Translations under genes and position numbers: made by a program | Part shown: positions 21,930 through 33,222 of the stretch, piece by piece | Position numbering within the stretch: position 1 is the first letter of the stretch | Layout: each line of letters starts with the position of its first letter | The notes under the pieces: generated by a model | What the model saw: the letters and a program-made list of their open reading frames with translations, nothing else | Told to the model about the DNA's origin: nothing | Databases searched by the model: none | Assembly: GCF_044324875.1 (NCBI RefSeq) | Contig: NZ_CP172186.1 | Source: Escherichia coli | GTDB taxonomy: Bacteria; Pseudomonadota; Gammaproteobacteria; Enterobacterales; Enterobacteriaceae | Length of the DNA: 64,000 nt | Strand: one strand, 5' to 3'

Positions 21930-22445
21930 TTACTGGCTGCTGATATCAAAAACCGGTGTTTCTCCGGCGATGACCGGGCCGGAGAACAGGGTTATCTCCT
22001 GGACACGGTCAGAGTCCGCCACAATCACCGGTGTCAGCGTGGACTGTGCTTTCTTCTGAAGTAACGCAAGGTCAAACCCGATGACGGGGTCACCGGTGCT
22101 GATCAGCTGGTCTTCCTGGGCAATACGCCGGAAACCCTCTCCCCTGAGGTCAACTGTGTTAATACCGAAGTGCACGAACAGTTCAGTGCCACTGTCGGTG
22201 CGGATGGAAAACGCGTGGTTTGTCTCCAGTATTTTACCGATAGTGCCGCTGACAGGAGCCACCAAGGTATCGCCGCCGGAAGGACGGATAGCAATACCAT
22301 CCCCCACTATTTTCCCGGCAAACACAGCATCCGGAACCGTGTCCAGAGGGACAATTTCACCGGACAGCGGTGCCATCACGCGGGTGACTTCCGCCGGTTT
22401 CTCATTTTCACTTATCAGTTGTTTAATCCTGCCCAGTAATCCCAT
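21930..22445 (-). CDS. PTS EIIA-Glc-like protein (Crr paralogue)
   Basis: high similarity by eye to E. coli Crr (APLSGEIV...VFAGKIVGDGIAI...FETNHAFSI..GTELFVHFGI..TLTPVI). Confidence 0.8.
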   Translation of the reverse strand: MGLLGRIKQLISENEKPAEVTRVMAPLSGEIVPLDTVPDAVFAGKIVGDGIAIRPSGGDTLVAPVSGTIGKILETNHAFSIRTDSGTELFVHFGINTVDLRGEGFRRIAQEDQLISTGDPVIGFDLALLQKKAQSTLTPVIVADSDRVQEITLFSGPVIAGETPVFDISSQ

Positions 22446-22508
22446 TGTGCTTTCCTTCATTACGGGTGAACCGAAAGTACTGCCGTCACCGACGGCAGTG
22501 GAATTATT

Positions 22509-23939
22509 TCAGGCCAGCGTCCACAGTGAGCCGTCCGTCAGCACAGCCTCGCCGTGAGCTGCATATAGCGACAACCGGCGGGTTCCGGGCTGCGGGTAAA
22601 TACGGCTGGACAGGGTGGCATCGCCATCGTTAACGAACACTTCCACCGATGAACGGTCCAGGAAAACCCGTAGCGTCAGATATTCTGCGCCAGGCAGCGC
22701 GATACTGCGGTAACCGTCCAGCCCCTCATCCGGGTAGTGACGCCAAAGCACCAGCCGTCCTGCCTGGTTATCCACATACAGCCGGAGCCCGTCTCCCAGG
22801 TGGATGCCGTAATGCTCTGCCTGACTGTCGAGGGTATGCCACGTCAGCACCAGTTCCACGGCCTGTGCGTTCTCAGCCAGCAACTGCGTGCCACTGAGCC
22901 TTACAGGGTGTAACGGCTGGCACGTCCCGCGAAGGGATTCGGCTTCGCGAACCGGACGCTGACACAGACGACCATGGCGTTCAAAAAGTTCCCTCGGCAG
23001 GGTCAGACATCCGGCCCAGGCCTCACGCTTTGTAGGCATCGGGGAGTCCCACATATTCATCCAGGCCATGATGATGCGCCGTCCGTCCTCCGCGACCAGG
23101 GACTGCGGGGCATAAAAATCATGACCGTGATCCAGTTCTTCAAATGCCCCGCTCAGGGCAAAGGCGGCCCCCGGCTGCCAGTGACCCGGTAAAACTCCGC
23201 TCTGAAAGCGGTTGCGGAACCGGTATCCGCCGGGCGTCATCCCCTGCGGGGAGAACATCAGCCAGTGATGGTCGCCACAGCGGAAAAAGTCCGGACATTC
23301 CCACATATAGCTTTCTCCGGCTGCCGACTGCGCCAGAACCCGTTCCTGGCGCCAGTCCCGCAGGGATGTGCCGCGATACAGCAGCACCTGACCGGTGTCA
23401 GAGGTATCCCGCGCGCCGATAACCATCCACCAGTATCCCCCTTCCCGCCAGACCTTCGGGTCACGGAAATGCATGATGCCTTCCGGTGGCGTCAGCACGC
23501 AGCCCTGTTTCTCAAAGTGAATGCCGTCACGGCTGGTTGCCAGACACTGGACTTCGCGGATGATGCTGTCATCCCCCCGATCCTCCAGACAGAGATGACC
23601 GGTGTAGATAAGCGACAGCACGCCGTTGTCGTCCACTGCGCTGCCGGAAAAACAGCCATCCCGGTCATATTCATCACCGGGTGCCAGCGCAACCGGCTCA
23701 TGCTGCCAGTGCAGCATGTCCGGACTGGTGGCATGTCCCCAGTGCATCGGCCCCTGATGTTCACTTGCCGGATGGTGCTGAAAGAATGCGTGATAGCGAC
23801 CGCTGAAATAAATAAGCCCGTTCGGATCATTCATCCATCCGGCAGGTGGAGCCAGATGAAAAACCGGGTACCAGGTATCACCACGACGGGCGCGGAGTGT
23901 ATCAAGTGCAACCTGTGCAGAGGCAAGACGCTGTTTCAT
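22509..23939 (-). CDS. rafD: GH32 sucrose hydrolase / raffinose invertase
   Basis: WMNDPNG catalytic motif; 476 aa; operon context. Confidence 0.8.
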   Translation of the reverse strand: MKQRLASAQVALDTLRARRGDTWYPVFHLAPPAGWMNDPNGLIYFSGRYHAFFQHHPASEHQGPMHWGHATSPDMLHWQHEPVALAPGDEYDRDGCFSGSAVDDNGVLSLIYTGHLCLEDRGDDSIIREVQCLATSRDGIHFEKQGCVLTPPEGIMHFRDPKVWREGGYWWMVIGARDTSDTGQVLLYRGTSLRDWRQERVLAQSAAGESYMWECPDFFRCGDHHWLMFSPQGMTPGGYRFRNRFQSGVLPGHWQPGAAFALSGAFEELDHGHDFYAPQSLVAEDGRRIIMAWMNMWDSPMPTKREAWAGCLTLPRELFERHGRLCQRPVREAESLRGTCQPLHPVRLSGTQLLAENAQAVELVLTWHTLDSQAEHYGIHLGDGLRLYVDNQAGRLVLWRHYPDEGLDGYRSIALPGAEYLTLRVFLDRSSVEVFVNDGDATLSSRIYPQPGTRRLSLYAAHGEAVLTDGSLWTLA

Positions 23940-25213
23940 AAGCGAACCTCCGTCTGTGCTGTAGCGGTTTCTGCTGACGGGGCAGCCGTTTTACGGGTAC
24001 TGCTCAGGGTGAAAGCCGATAACACGGTGACCGCAAGGACAATACCGCCCAGAACCAGATAGGTGTTCTGGAACCCCATGCGGTCATACAGGTGACCTGC
24101 AAAGGTTGAGAGGAATATCGCCGCCAGTTGTTTGGAGAACTGAAAGCCAATCAGATAAATGGTGGCCGACAGCCGGGTATCAAACACGCCGGTGATATAC
24201 TTGAACGCACCAACCAGCAGGAATGGGACTTCAAGGGCATGCAGCATTTTCAGGATCACCACTTCAGTAGCCGTGGTGGCAAAGGCCGATCCTGTGATGC
24301 GGATGGTCATAATCAGACCCGCGACAAGCAGTGTGTTTTTGGCACCAATGCGGTTGATTATCCAGGGGGAGCAGAACATGATGATGGCATTGCAAATCTC
24401 GCCAGCCGTGGTGGCAAAACCAAATGCCCGGATCCCTGCCTGCGGCGTGTCAAAAAATGCACGGAAGAATGTGGCAAACTGCTGGTCAAACACGTCATAG
24501 ACGCAGGCCACCCCAATCATGTAAAGCACGAACATCCACATCTGACGCATACGAAACAGACTGAACACCATTCCGGCGGAAATCACGGGCGAGTTGGCAC
24601 CCAGCGCATTCATGACCATCGCTGTCTGACTGGTTCCGGGACGCGCCAGCGCCACCAGAAGGACCAGCAGCAATGCGCAGCCGGACCCCATCCAGAATAC
24701 CAGGGACGGATCCACGTTGAAAAGCAGCCCTGCCGTGGTGGCACACAGCGCCCAGCCCAGACAGCCGAACATCCGGGCCTTACCGTATTCAAATCCGCTG
24801 CTGCGGCTGACACGTTCAATATAGGCTTCGATGGCACCGGCTCCCGCAGAAAAAACGAAGCCGATAAAAATCCCGCCGCTCAGTGCTCCGGCCCAGATGT
24901 TGAACCGCAGCAGCGGCGCAAAAACGTACAGAAAGAACGGTGCAAACAGGACCAGCAGCAGGCTGATGATCCACATCAGGTGTTTTTTCAGGCCAAGACG
25001 GTCTGAGATGACCCCCAGCAGCGGCTGGAAGCTGATGGCAAACAGGGAGAGGCATGAAAAAACAATCCCGGTATCCGTTTTACTCAGCCCCACAATGTCT
25101 GACAGCCAGACGGGCAGAAACGGGAAACAGGTTGCCATGATGAAAAAGTAGAGAAAAAAGAACAGACCAAATATCCAGAAATCGGGGTTTTTATGAGTAC
25201 TGACAGTATTCAT
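23936..25213 (-). CDS. rafB: LacY-family oligosaccharide:H+ symporter (raffinose permease)
   Basis: strong LacY-like sequence (FWIFGLFFFLYFFIMA..., GLSKTDTGIVF, KARMFGCLGWALCA). Confidence 0.8.
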   Translation of the reverse strand: MNTVSTHKNPDFWIFGLFFFLYFFIMATCFPFLPVWLSDIVGLSKTDTGIVFSCLSLFAISFQPLLGVISDRLGLKKHLMWIISLLLVLFAPFFLYVFAPLLRFNIWAGALSGGIFIGFVFSAGAGAIEAYIERVSRSSGFEYGKARMFGCLGWALCATTAGLLFNVDPSLVFWMGSGCALLLVLLVALARPGTSQTAMVMNALGANSPVISAGMVFSLFRMRQMWMFVLYMIGVACVYDVFDQQFATFFRAFFDTPQAGIRAFGFATTAGEICNAIIMFCSPWIINRIGAKNTLLVAGLIMTIRITGSAFATTATEVVILKMLHALEVPFLLVGAFKYITGVFDTRLSATIYLIGFQFSKQLAAIFLSTFAGHLYDRMGFQNTYLVLGGIVLAVTVLSAFTLSSTRKTAAPSAETATAQTEVRL

Positions 25214-25267
25214 TATTGTTATCCTCACGGGACTGAGTGCAGGGAGCCGTGACCGGCTCCGGTCCTT

Positions 25268-27394
25268 TTATGCCAAACGTTCAAGGGCAATCAGCATGGC
25301 GCTTTCCGGATCCAGTACGGGAAGCTGAATACCGGCCTGCGCCAGCCATTCCCCACTGATGTCGGAGGTCTGGTTCATCCAGCCGGGCAGCCTGCGCATG
25401 GTATGCCCGCCTTCACCGACCAGCTGAATATCCGGATGGTCAACAACACGAAGCCGGTAACGGGCCTGTGGTGCCAGCCCCGGAAAACGTAGAGCACCCG
25501 GCAGGGTGTGATCCGGCATGGCAAGCTGGCTCACCAGGAAGAGCGCCTGCGACTGATCCGGGCTGACCACCCCCTGCACCTGTGTCGCCGCATCCGGCAT
25601 ATCCACCCGCCATAGGGTGCCCGTGTGGATAAGCTGCCGCCATTCTTTGTAGAGCGAGGCATAGCGGCGGTAACCGGCGGATTCCTCTTCTCCGGCCGTT
25701 ACCGGATCCAGCTCCAGTCCCATATGACCGAACAGGGCCGTCAGACCGCGAAAGGCAATGCTGTGCTGCCGGAAGGTGGCATGGCAGCGATGATGACCGA
25801 TGTGTGCCCCCATAACCTCCGGCGGGAAAAAGTAACTCATGCCACGCTGTATGGTGCAGCGCTCCAGGGCGTCATTGTTGTCAGAAGCCCAGAAGCGGTG
25901 CGTGCGGGTCAGAACCTCAAAGTCGATACGTCCACCGCCGGAAGCGCAGGACTCAAACTCAACACGGGGAAAACGTTCGCGCAGGAGATCCAGCAGCCGG
26001 TAAAACTGACGGGTCTGCGCGTCCGCCGCCGCCCGACCTTCATGCCCGGCCTGGACCAGCTCGCGGTTCATGTCCCATTTCACATAGTCAACTGGGTGTT
26101 CGCCCAGCAGCCATAAACAGCGTTCATAAATGTAAGCAAAGGCCTCAGGAATGTTCAGGTTGAGAACATACTGATGTCTCCCGGTTGGTTGTGTGTACCC
26201 CGGCATTGACAGTACCCAGTCAGGATGGCGGCGAAAGAGGTCAGAGTCCGGGTTAATCATTTCCGGTTCCACCCAGATACCGAACTCCATGCCGAGTGAT
26301 TTCACATGGTTAATCACCGGCATCAGTCCGTCCGGATACTTCTGTTCATCCAGATACCAGTCGCCCAGAGCCGCATGGTCATCATTGCGCCCCTTAAACC
26401 AGCCGTCGTCGATAATGAAACGTTCAACGCCAAGCGCTGCCGCACGTCCGGCCATCTGCATGATGTAGTTCGGGTCGTGGTCAAAATAAATACCTTCCCA
26501 GGTATTGAGGTGCACCGGACGGGGTTTCTGCTCAGGAAAACGGATGATTTCATCGCGCAGAAAACGGTGGTACTGCTGACTCATACCATTGAGCCCCTCC
26601 GGGGAATAGCTGGCGTACAGCCACGGCGTGTACACGGTCTCATCCTTCTTCAGGGCTTTTTCTCCGGGCATCCACAGTGCTTCCGCCTGGAGGTAACGCC
26701 GTCCGTCAGTTTTGACCTCACATTTCATGCGATGGTTGCCACTCCAGCCCAGATGTACGGCCCACACCTCGCCCTGCTGTTCTGAGAAACCGGGGGCACC
26801 GGCAATCAGTGCCGGAAAATGCTCATGGGACGTGCGGCCCCGGCGGTTCTCCAGCACAAAACCGTCATGTGTGAGACGGACCCTGTGCGGCTGAAACTCA
26901 CGAGTCCAGCGTCCGTGGAAGGCCATGACTTCCTCTGCCCTTTCAGCCACAGGGAGCGTGATGGCGAAGCGGTTCACCTGCCAGTCCCCTTCACGGAGGT
27001 TCGTCAGGGCATGACGCATCTTCAGCACACCGGACGATGTCAGCACCAGTTCACTGACCATGCGCAGACCCGCCACTGCATCCTCACTGGTCAGGGTGAG
27101 TGATTCTCCGGCCTGTACCACGCTGATGGTACGGAACACAGGGGACGCATCCAGCCCGTTGCGGTGTCCCTCCAGCCCCGGCGAGCCAAAAAGTCCCGCG
27201 CCGTTTTCGGCCATCAGCGTCAGTGGGGTGTCGGTATCCAGACGACCATTCGCAACCGGCCTTTCCAGGCTGATACAGTCATCCGGTGAAAAGTGTTTCA
27301 GGGTGGATCCCCACCAGACAATCTCTGCATACGGGTGGGTTTTAATAATCAGGTCTGAGTGGGGACTGGTCAGCCTGCGGTACATCGGTTCCAT
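25268..27394 (-). CDS. rafA: alpha-galactosidase (GH36)
   Basis: 708 aa, GH36-like conserved blocks; first gene after rafR. Confidence 0.85.
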   Translation of the reverse strand: MEPMYRRLTSPHSDLIIKTHPYAEIVWWGSTLKHFSPDDCISLERPVANGRLDTDTPLTLMAENGAGLFGSPGLEGHRNGLDASPVFRTISVVQAGESLTLTSEDAVAGLRMVSELVLTSSGVLKMRHALTNLREGDWQVNRFAITLPVAERAEEVMAFHGRWTREFQPHRVRLTHDGFVLENRRGRTSHEHFPALIAGAPGFSEQQGEVWAVHLGWSGNHRMKCEVKTDGRRYLQAEALWMPGEKALKKDETVYTPWLYASYSPEGLNGMSQQYHRFLRDEIIRFPEQKPRPVHLNTWEGIYFDHDPNYIMQMAGRAAALGVERFIIDDGWFKGRNDDHAALGDWYLDEQKYPDGLMPVINHVKSLGMEFGIWVEPEMINPDSDLFRRHPDWVLSMPGYTQPTGRHQYVLNLNIPEAFAYIYERCLWLLGEHPVDYVKWDMNRELVQAGHEGRAAADAQTRQFYRLLDLLRERFPRVEFESCASGGGRIDFEVLTRTHRFWASDNNDALERCTIQRGMSYFFPPEVMGAHIGHHRCHATFRQHSIAFRGLTALFGHMGLELDPVTAGEEESAGYRRYASLYKEWRQLIHTGTLWRVDMPDAATQVQGVVSPDQSQALFLVSQLAMPDHTLPGALRFPGLAPQARYRLRVVDHPDIQLVGEGGHTMRRLPGWMNQTSDISGEWLAQAGIQLPVLDPESAMLIALERLA

Positions 27395-27430
27395 AAGACA
27401 TCTCCGTTTTCGGGTATGCCTTACTGTTGA

Positions 27431-27467
27431 TCCGAATCGTTTCGGATAGCAACCGAAACGATTCGGA
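27431..27467. promoter_or_regulatory. twin LacI-family operator half-sites in rafR-rafA intergenic region
   Basis: TCCGAATCGTTTCGGA (27431-27446) and its inverted copy ACCGAAACGATTCGGA (27452-27467). Confidence 0.45.
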
Positions 27468-27487
27468 TTTGTGAGCGGGATTAAAAA

Positions 27488-28498
27488 TCAGGCGGAGGGA
27501 GCAAGCGTTGTCTTGCCAGGATGAAATTCCGGCTGCCAGAGTACTTGTAGCATTTCAGGTGAAACATTCGTGACCAGCTGGCGTATCATGTCGGCAACCT
27601 GACGACCGACGCGATGTCGTGTTGACTGAAGAACTGCAGCCACATCCTGTTCAATAATACTGTCCTGCGGCAGACCATCATAAACCACAAGAGAGACGGC
27701 ATCCTCTCCGGACAGATGACCGGATAACTGCAGCGACATGGCCGCGCCATCACCGATCAGGTCACTGTCGGTAATAATGGCCGTCGGGGGAAGCGGAAGT
27801 GACATTAACTCAGTCACTGCCTGGAAACCTGAGCGTCGGGTGGGAGAGACCCGGCGTAGCCAGGTCTCAGGCAGACCATGTTCACTCAGGGCATCGCGCC
27901 ATCCCTGACGTCGTGCAGTGACATAGGTACGGGAGTTGTCCTCACTCAGCAGGGCAATTCGCTGATGGCCCAGGGCAATCAGGTGCTGTGTGGCCTGCCA
28001 GGTTCCTGCATGGTTATCAAAGTCAAACCAGGCACAGGGAAGACCGGACGGCACCTGACCGAGTGCCAGAAACGGAATACCGGCCTCCTGCAGGTGTGTA
28101 AGACGCGGGTCATTATCCAGCGTGTGCGCCACGATAAGGGCATCAACCCGGCGGCTTTCGACCAGACGCATATAGCTGTGGCTGTCAGCCCGTTCATCAT
28201 CGGCTATCAGCAGTAAGTCAATATCATGGCGGGCCAGTTCCCGGCTGATACAACTGACCATATCCACAAACACACTACTGCTGAACAGTACAGCATGTTC
28301 AGGGAAGACCAGGCCGACCGCATCGGTTTTACCGGTTTTGAGACGTCTTGCCAGGGTATTCGGGCGATAACCACGACGCCGAGCTTCCGCTTCTACACGT
28401 GCACGGGTCGAAGCGGAAACGTCCGAAAATCCGCCAAGCGCCCGGCTGACTGTGGTGACAGAGATCCCGAGTTCGGCGGCGATAGCCTTGAGTGACAT
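27488..28498 (-). CDS. rafR: LacI-family repressor
   Basis: N-terminal HTH MSLKAIAAELGISVTTVSRALGG, periplasmic-binding-like core, 336 aa. Confidence 0.85.
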   Translation of the reverse strand: MSLKAIAAELGISVTTVSRALGGFSDVSASTRARVEAEARRRGYRPNTLARRLKTGKTDAVGLVFPEHAVLFSSSVFVDMVSCISRELARHDIDLLLIADDERADSHSYMRLVESRRVDALIVAHTLDNDPRLTHLQEAGIPFLALGQVPSGLPCAWFDFDNHAGTWQATQHLIALGHQRIALLSEDNSRTYVTARRQGWRDALSEHGLPETWLRRVSPTRRSGFQAVTELMSLPLPPTAIITDSDLIGDGAAMSLQLSGHLSGEDAVSLVVYDGLPQDSIIEQDVAAVLQSTRHRVGRQVADMIRQLVTNVSPEMLQVLWQPEFHPGKTTLAPSA

Positions 28499-28926
28499 AT
28501 TTTCTCCTGCGGATAACCGAACAGCCCTGTCCCTGATGCGGGTGATCCGGGCAACAAACCTGACAGAGACGCCTGCATAAGTGGTCGCGCTGTACCAGTA
28601 TGAGCCTCCATCATCCTGATTTGTGTATTAACTTTCAATACCGGAGGACGATTTGATTACCGGTTGTTAGCAGGAGTGCGAATATTAGACCGACGGTGGA
28701 GATCTAAGACTCAGTGAGCATAGCGATACACTATATTACTGTAATTAAGCCAGTAAACTTCCTGTTCACTGGCTTAAACGCTAATGATGTATGCAGTTGA
28801 ACAAGCTTTTAAACTAATGATTAATTGATATATGAGCTGGCCCCCTGAAACACCAGACAGTAGATGTATCTTAAAATAAGAGGTAGGCTTGGATATATGT
28901 CTAACACTAGTTCTAATTTTGAGATG

Positions 28927-29292
28927 GCTGGCGTTTTGTTAGGAAAAGAGGTGCGTAAACGTAAAACACCTCAGGAAAAAATCGCAATTATTCAACAGAC
29001 TATGGAGCCAGGCATGACGGTGTCTCACGTGGCGCGTTTGCATGGAATTCAGCCCAGCCTGTTGTTTAAGTGGAAAAAACAATACCAGGAAGGAAGTCTC
29101 ACTGCTGTGGCTGCGGGTGAAGACGTTGTTCCTGCTTCTGAACTGGCCGCTGCGATAAAGCAGATTAATCAGCTTCAGCGTTTACTGGGCAAGAAAACAA
29201 TGGAAGTTGAGCTCCTCAAAGAAGCGGTGGAGTACGCGCAATCGCGAAAATGGATAGCGCATGTGCCCTTGTTACCTTCGGACAAGGAATAG
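28927..29292 (+). CDS. IS2-group transposase OrfA
   Basis: similar to InsC ([41 protein letters not shown]). Confidence 0.75.
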   Translation, partial: AGVLLGKEVRKRKTPQEKIAIIQQTMEPGMTVSHVARLHGIQPSLLFKWKKQYQEGSLTAVAAGEDVVPASELAAAIKQINQLQRLLGKKTMEVELLKEAVEYAQSRKWIAHVPLLPSDKE

Positions 29293-30131
29293 CCCCGGTA
29301 AGCCGTGTTCTGGGCGTGTCGCGTGCGCAGTTAACATTACGGATGAAGGCATCTGATAACAAGACAGATAAACGGCGTCAGAGACGCGATGAGGCTGCGG
29401 ATGCAGAAGTCTTATCGCGCATCCTGGATATCATTGGCGATATGCCAACATATGGGTATCGCCGTGTCTGGGCGATACCCAGACGGCAGTCCCGAAATGA
29501 AGGCCTGCCGTTCGTGAATGCAAAACGCGTTTACCGGATAATGAGCGAAAACAGCCTGTTGTTGTTGCATGACAAACCATCACGACCTCAGCGGGCACAT
29601 AAAGGCCGTGTAGAGGTTAATAAAAGCGACCAGCGTTGGTGTTCCAATGGCTTTGAGTTCGGTTGCGATGATGGCGAAAAAGTCCGGGTTACGTTCGCCC
29701 TGGACTGTTGCGATCGTGAAGCTATCGACTGGGCAGCCAGTACGGGAGGTTACGATAAATCGACAGTGCAGGATGTGATGTTAGGCGCGATAGAAAAACG
29801 CTTTGGCGATAAAGTGCCGGAACAGTCGATCCAGTGGCTGACAGATAACGATTCAGCGTACAGAGCGCATGAAACACGGCAGTTCGCCAGAGAGCTGAAT
29901 CTGGAGCCCTGTACGACGGCAGTCAGCAGTCCTCAGAGTAATGGAATGGCAGAACGGTTCGTGAAAACGATGAAGGAAGACTACATCGCGTTCATGCCGA
30001 AACCGAATGTAAGAACGGCAGTGCATAACCTTGCAGTGGCGATCGAGCATTACAATGAAAACCATCCGCACAGTGCGTTGGGTTATCGCTCTCCGCGAGA
30101 ATATCGACGTCAGCGGGTAACGTTAACTTAA
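29250..30131 (+). CDS. IS2-group transposase OrfB
   Basis: similar to InsD, DDE integrase core. Confidence 0.8.
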   Translation: MDSACALVTFGQGIAPVSRVLGVSRAQLTLRMKASDNKTDKRRQRRDEAADAEVLSRILDIIGDMPTYGYRRVWAIPRRQSRNEGLPFVNAKRVYRIMSENSLLLLHDKPSRPQRAHKGRVEVNKSDQRWCSNGFEFGCDDGEKVRVTFALDCCDREAIDWAASTGGYDKSTVQDVMLGAIEKRFGDKVPEQSIQWLTDNDSAYRAHETRQFARELNLEPCTTAVSSPQSNGMAERFVKTMKEDYIAFMPKPNVRTAVHNLAVAIEHYNENHPHSALGYRSPREYRRQRVTLT

Positions 30132-30263
30132 GATACAATCCCTGTCTGGAGATAAGGGGTCAAGAACAAAATCGCGCCCTGGCTGTCCAGATTGCATTCC
30201 CGGATGCGTCGTTCCGCAAACCGGGTCAGTTGTTCATAGCTGAGTGAAAACACCCTTTCTTCA

Positions 30264-30480
30264 TCCATCCTGCGCGCTCCATCTGATAATGTTCTGACAG
30301 GTAAAAATCAAATTCTGTATGATTTTTGTGTTATCGATTTATGATAATATCAGATATTTTTTCATTACTTATGATTAAAATCATATCTGATATGAATTTA
30401 TGTGTATTGCTTAATTATCATATCACCTGCCCGTTTCCCGCCGCGCAGATCCGGTTTCCGGCTGAAGTGGATCCAGACCT
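30264..30480 (-). mobile_element. orphan copy of IS91-family terminal region (end + promoter + first codons of tnpA)
   Basis: about 215 bp nearly identical to 56228-56440 at the tnpA-proximal end of the intact IS91-family element. Confidence 0.5.
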
Positions 30481-30596
30481 GATTTGTTGCTGAGTATCGG
30501 TAAAAGTGCGGCTTATAAGCTATTCTGAAACATGGCAAGTGAATCTGGGCTGTATAATTCCGGCAAGTGTCATCTGTATTTAAAGGACGTGTGAGT

Positions 30597-31049
30597 ATGA
30601 AATTTATGGAATGTGCTGTCCGGGATGTGATTTATGGGACCAATGTCCGTATTGTCAAACCGGTCAACATTTATGAATGTGAACTCAGGGACAACGTGTT
30701 TGTCGGCCCCTTCGTTGAGATACAGAAAGGCTGTGTCATTGGTAGTGGAAGCCGGATACAGTCGCACACGTTTATTTGTGAGAACGTAACACTGGGGGAG
30801 AACTGCTTCATTGGTCATAACGTGACGTTCGCCAACGATCTGTTTCGTTCAGGAGCACCAGATCCGTCACCGGATAACTGGATCAGCATTACCCTGGGGG
30901 ATTCGGTTACTGTTGGCAGTGGAGCCATTATTCTGTCTCCGTATATATGCAGCGGAGCTGTTATTGGTGCGGGTTCAGTTGTGGTAAAACCGATTGAGAA
31001 CAAAGGCATTTATGCAGGAAACCCGGCAAGACTGCTCAGAATATTATGA
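30597..31049 (+). CDS. hexapeptide-repeat acetyltransferase
   Basis: left-handed beta-helix repeats (IGSGSRI, LGENCFIGHNVTF, VGSGAIIL, IGAGSVVV); RBS AAGGA. Confidence 0.6.
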   Translation: MKFMECAVRDVIYGTNVRIVKPVNIYECELRDNVFVGPFVEIQKGCVIGSGSRIQSHTFICENVTLGENCFIGHNVTFANDLFRSGAPDPSPDNWISITLGDSVTVGSGAIILSPYICSGAVIGAGSVVVKPIENKGIYAGNPARLLRIL

Positions 31050-31283
31050 AAAAGAAAAGTGAACCGCCCCGGGTTTCCTGGAGAGTGTTTTATCTGTGAA
31101 CTCAGGCTGCCAGATCATCGTTTCCGATGGAAGCATAATAAGCTTTTTCTGCTTCTGCCGGTGGGATATGGCCCAGCCTTTCCAGCAATCGTCGATTGTT
31201 ATACCAGTCCACCCACGTGAGTGTGGCCAGCTCCACTTCTGTCCGGTTTTTCCGTAAGCGACTCGTCAGAACCGTATTGATAT

Positions 31284-32855
31284 TTACTGAGAGCTCAGAT
31301 CAACTTTCCAGGGCAACAGATCGCGTACCCGGTTTGCCGGCCAGTCCTGGATATGTTCAATGACGTAACGCAGCCACTTTTCTGGCTCCACATTGTTCAG
31401 ACGGCATGTGCCGATCAGCGAGTACAACACCGCCGCATGTTCACCACCGCTGTCGGAACCCGCGAACATCCAGTTTTTCCGGCCTACGGCCACTCCCCGT
31501 AAGGCGTTCTCTGCGATGTTGTTGTCGATTTCCACCCAGCCATTACTGCAGTACACGTTCAGTGCATCCCACTGTTTCAGCAGGTATGCGAACGCTTTTG
31601 CCGTATCTGAGTGACGCGACAGTGTTTTCATCTGTTGCTGTATCCAGTCATACAGTGACTGCATCAGTGGCGCGGCTCTGGCTTTTCTTGCCGCCAGACG
31701 CTGTTCTGCTGAACAGCCCCGGACCTCTGCCTCGATGGCATACAGTTCACCGATACGCTGCAGGGCTTCCGTGGTGATGTAGGTGGGCGCTCTTGCATGC
31801 ACATCGTGGATTTTTCTCCGGGCATGAGCCATACACGCGGCTTCCGTTATTCTGCCGGATTCGTATAACGCCCGGTAACCACCGTAAGCATCGGCCTGAA
31901 GCACACCGCTGTAACCGGCCAGGTGATTTTGTGGATGGATACCTTTCCGGTCCGGACTGTACGCGAACCAGACCGCCGGGGGCATCTGTGAACCGGCGTT
32001 ACGGTCATCACGGACGTAGACCCACAGCCGGGCTGTCCGGGTTTTACCGCTGCCCGGCTCCTGGACCGGGACGGGGATATCATCAGCATGGACTTTACCG
32101 GGCATCAGCACATACTGGCGCAGGACGTCATACAGCGGCTCCAGCAGTTCAGCAACAGCACCTGTCCAGCGCCCCAGTGTGGCACGGCTCAGCTCCACTC
32201 CCTGACGACGGTATATTTCTGACTGGCGGTATAACGGCAGATGGTCTGCATATTTCCCGGTGACAACATGGGCCAGAAGCCCCGCTCCGGCATAACTGCG
32301 TGCAATGGGTTTTGAAGGTACTGGTGCCTGCACGATATGGTCGCACCGGCAACAGGCCTGTTTCGGACGTTGTGTTTCGATAACCTTAAAGGCGCTGCTG
32401 ATAAGCTCCAGTTGCTCTGACACATCACATCCCAGAGAACTGAGTTCACCACCACAGGCAGGACAGCATTCCTCTTCCGGCCGGATAACCCGGGTTTCAC
32501 GGGGAAGTGAGGCCGGTAACGGTTTACGGGCTGAAGACTGGCGCAGGGCGGATGGCAGTACCGGGTCATATTGCTCACCCAGCGTTTCCGCCATTTCTTC
32601 CTGAAGTGCGCTGATTCGCTCCTGTGCTTCCTGTATCTGCCGTTCGGTTTTTGCACGAAGTTTTTCTGAGCTTTTACCGAACTGCATACGTTGCAGTTTC
32701 GCAACCAGCGCCTTCAGCCGGTTGATTTCGGAAGCATAAGCCGCCACCCGCTGTGAGAGCAGGCGGTTGTATTCAGCCATCTGGCGGATGGTGTCCTGTT
32801 GCGTCTGCAACAGTGCCCGCAGGCGGGCGTTCTCATGAGCAAGTGAGGTGTCCAT
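31284..32855 (-). CDS. IS66-family transposase TnpC
   Basis: 523 aa, coiled-coil N-terminus, CPACGG zinc motif, DDE region. Confidence 0.85.
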   Translation of the reverse strand: MDTSLAHENARLRALLQTQQDTIRQMAEYNRLLSQRVAAYASEINRLKALVAKLQRMQFGKSSEKLRAKTERQIQEAQERISALQEEMAETLGEQYDPVLPSALRQSSARKPLPASLPRETRVIRPEEECCPACGGELSSLGCDVSEQLELISSAFKVIETQRPKQACCRCDHIVQAPVPSKPIARSYAGAGLLAHVVTGKYADHLPLYRQSEIYRRQGVELSRATLGRWTGAVAELLEPLYDVLRQYVLMPGKVHADDIPVPVQEPGSGKTRTARLWVYVRDDRNAGSQMPPAVWFAYSPDRKGIHPQNHLAGYSGVLQADAYGGYRALYESGRITEAACMAHARRKIHDVHARAPTYITTEALQRIGELYAIEAEVRGCSAEQRLAARKARAAPLMQSLYDWIQQQMKTLSRHSDTAKAFAYLLKQWDALNVYCSNGWVEIDNNIAENALRGVAVGRKNWMFAGSDSGGEHAAVLYSLIGTCRLNNVEPEKWLRYVIEHIQDWPANRVRDLLPWKVDLSSQ

Positions 32856-32874
32856 ATCCTCACTTTACAACGGG

Positions 32875-33222
32875 TTATATGCGGATTCCAGCGCGTTCCG
32901 TTCGTTTCGGGTGCTTCCAGTTGATACCTTCAAGAAGCATGGATAACTGAGCCGGAGTAAGGTGCACCTTGCCGTCACGGGTGACTGGCCAGACGAAGCG
33001 GCCCCGCTCCAGGCGTTTGGTGAAGAGGCACAGTCCGTCACTGTCAGCCCACAACACTTTTATCTGGTCACCCCGGCGTCCGCGGAAGATGAACAGGTGT
33101 CCGGAGAACGGGTCATCCTTCAGGACGTTCTGAACTTTTGATGCCAGGCCGTTAAAGCCATTTCGCATATCGGTGATACCTGCAACCAGCCAGATACGCG
33201 AACCTGCAGGGAGAGATATCAT
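32875..33222 (-). CDS. IS66-family TnpB
   Basis: 115 aa, conserved [16 protein letters not shown]. Confidence 0.85.
   Translation of the reverse strand: MISLPAGSRIWLVAGITDMRNGFNGLASKVQNVLKDDPFSGHLFIFRGRRGDQIKVLWADSDGLCLFTKRLERGRFVWPVTRDGKVHLTPAQLSMLLEGINWKHPKRTERAGIRI

Larger units (their letters stand above)
28836..30165 (+). mobile_element. IS3-family, IS2-group insertion sequence distinct from IS2
   Basis: IS2-like ends (CTGGCCCCCTGAAACACCAGACAG ... CCCTGTCTGGAGATAAGGGG); orfA/orfB about 60-70% identical to IS2 InsC/InsD. Confidence 0.7.

Noticed and set aside
24128..25006. 292-aa + strand ORF opposite rafB
   Set aside because: Shadow ORF; rafB on the opposite strand has clear LacY-family similarity.
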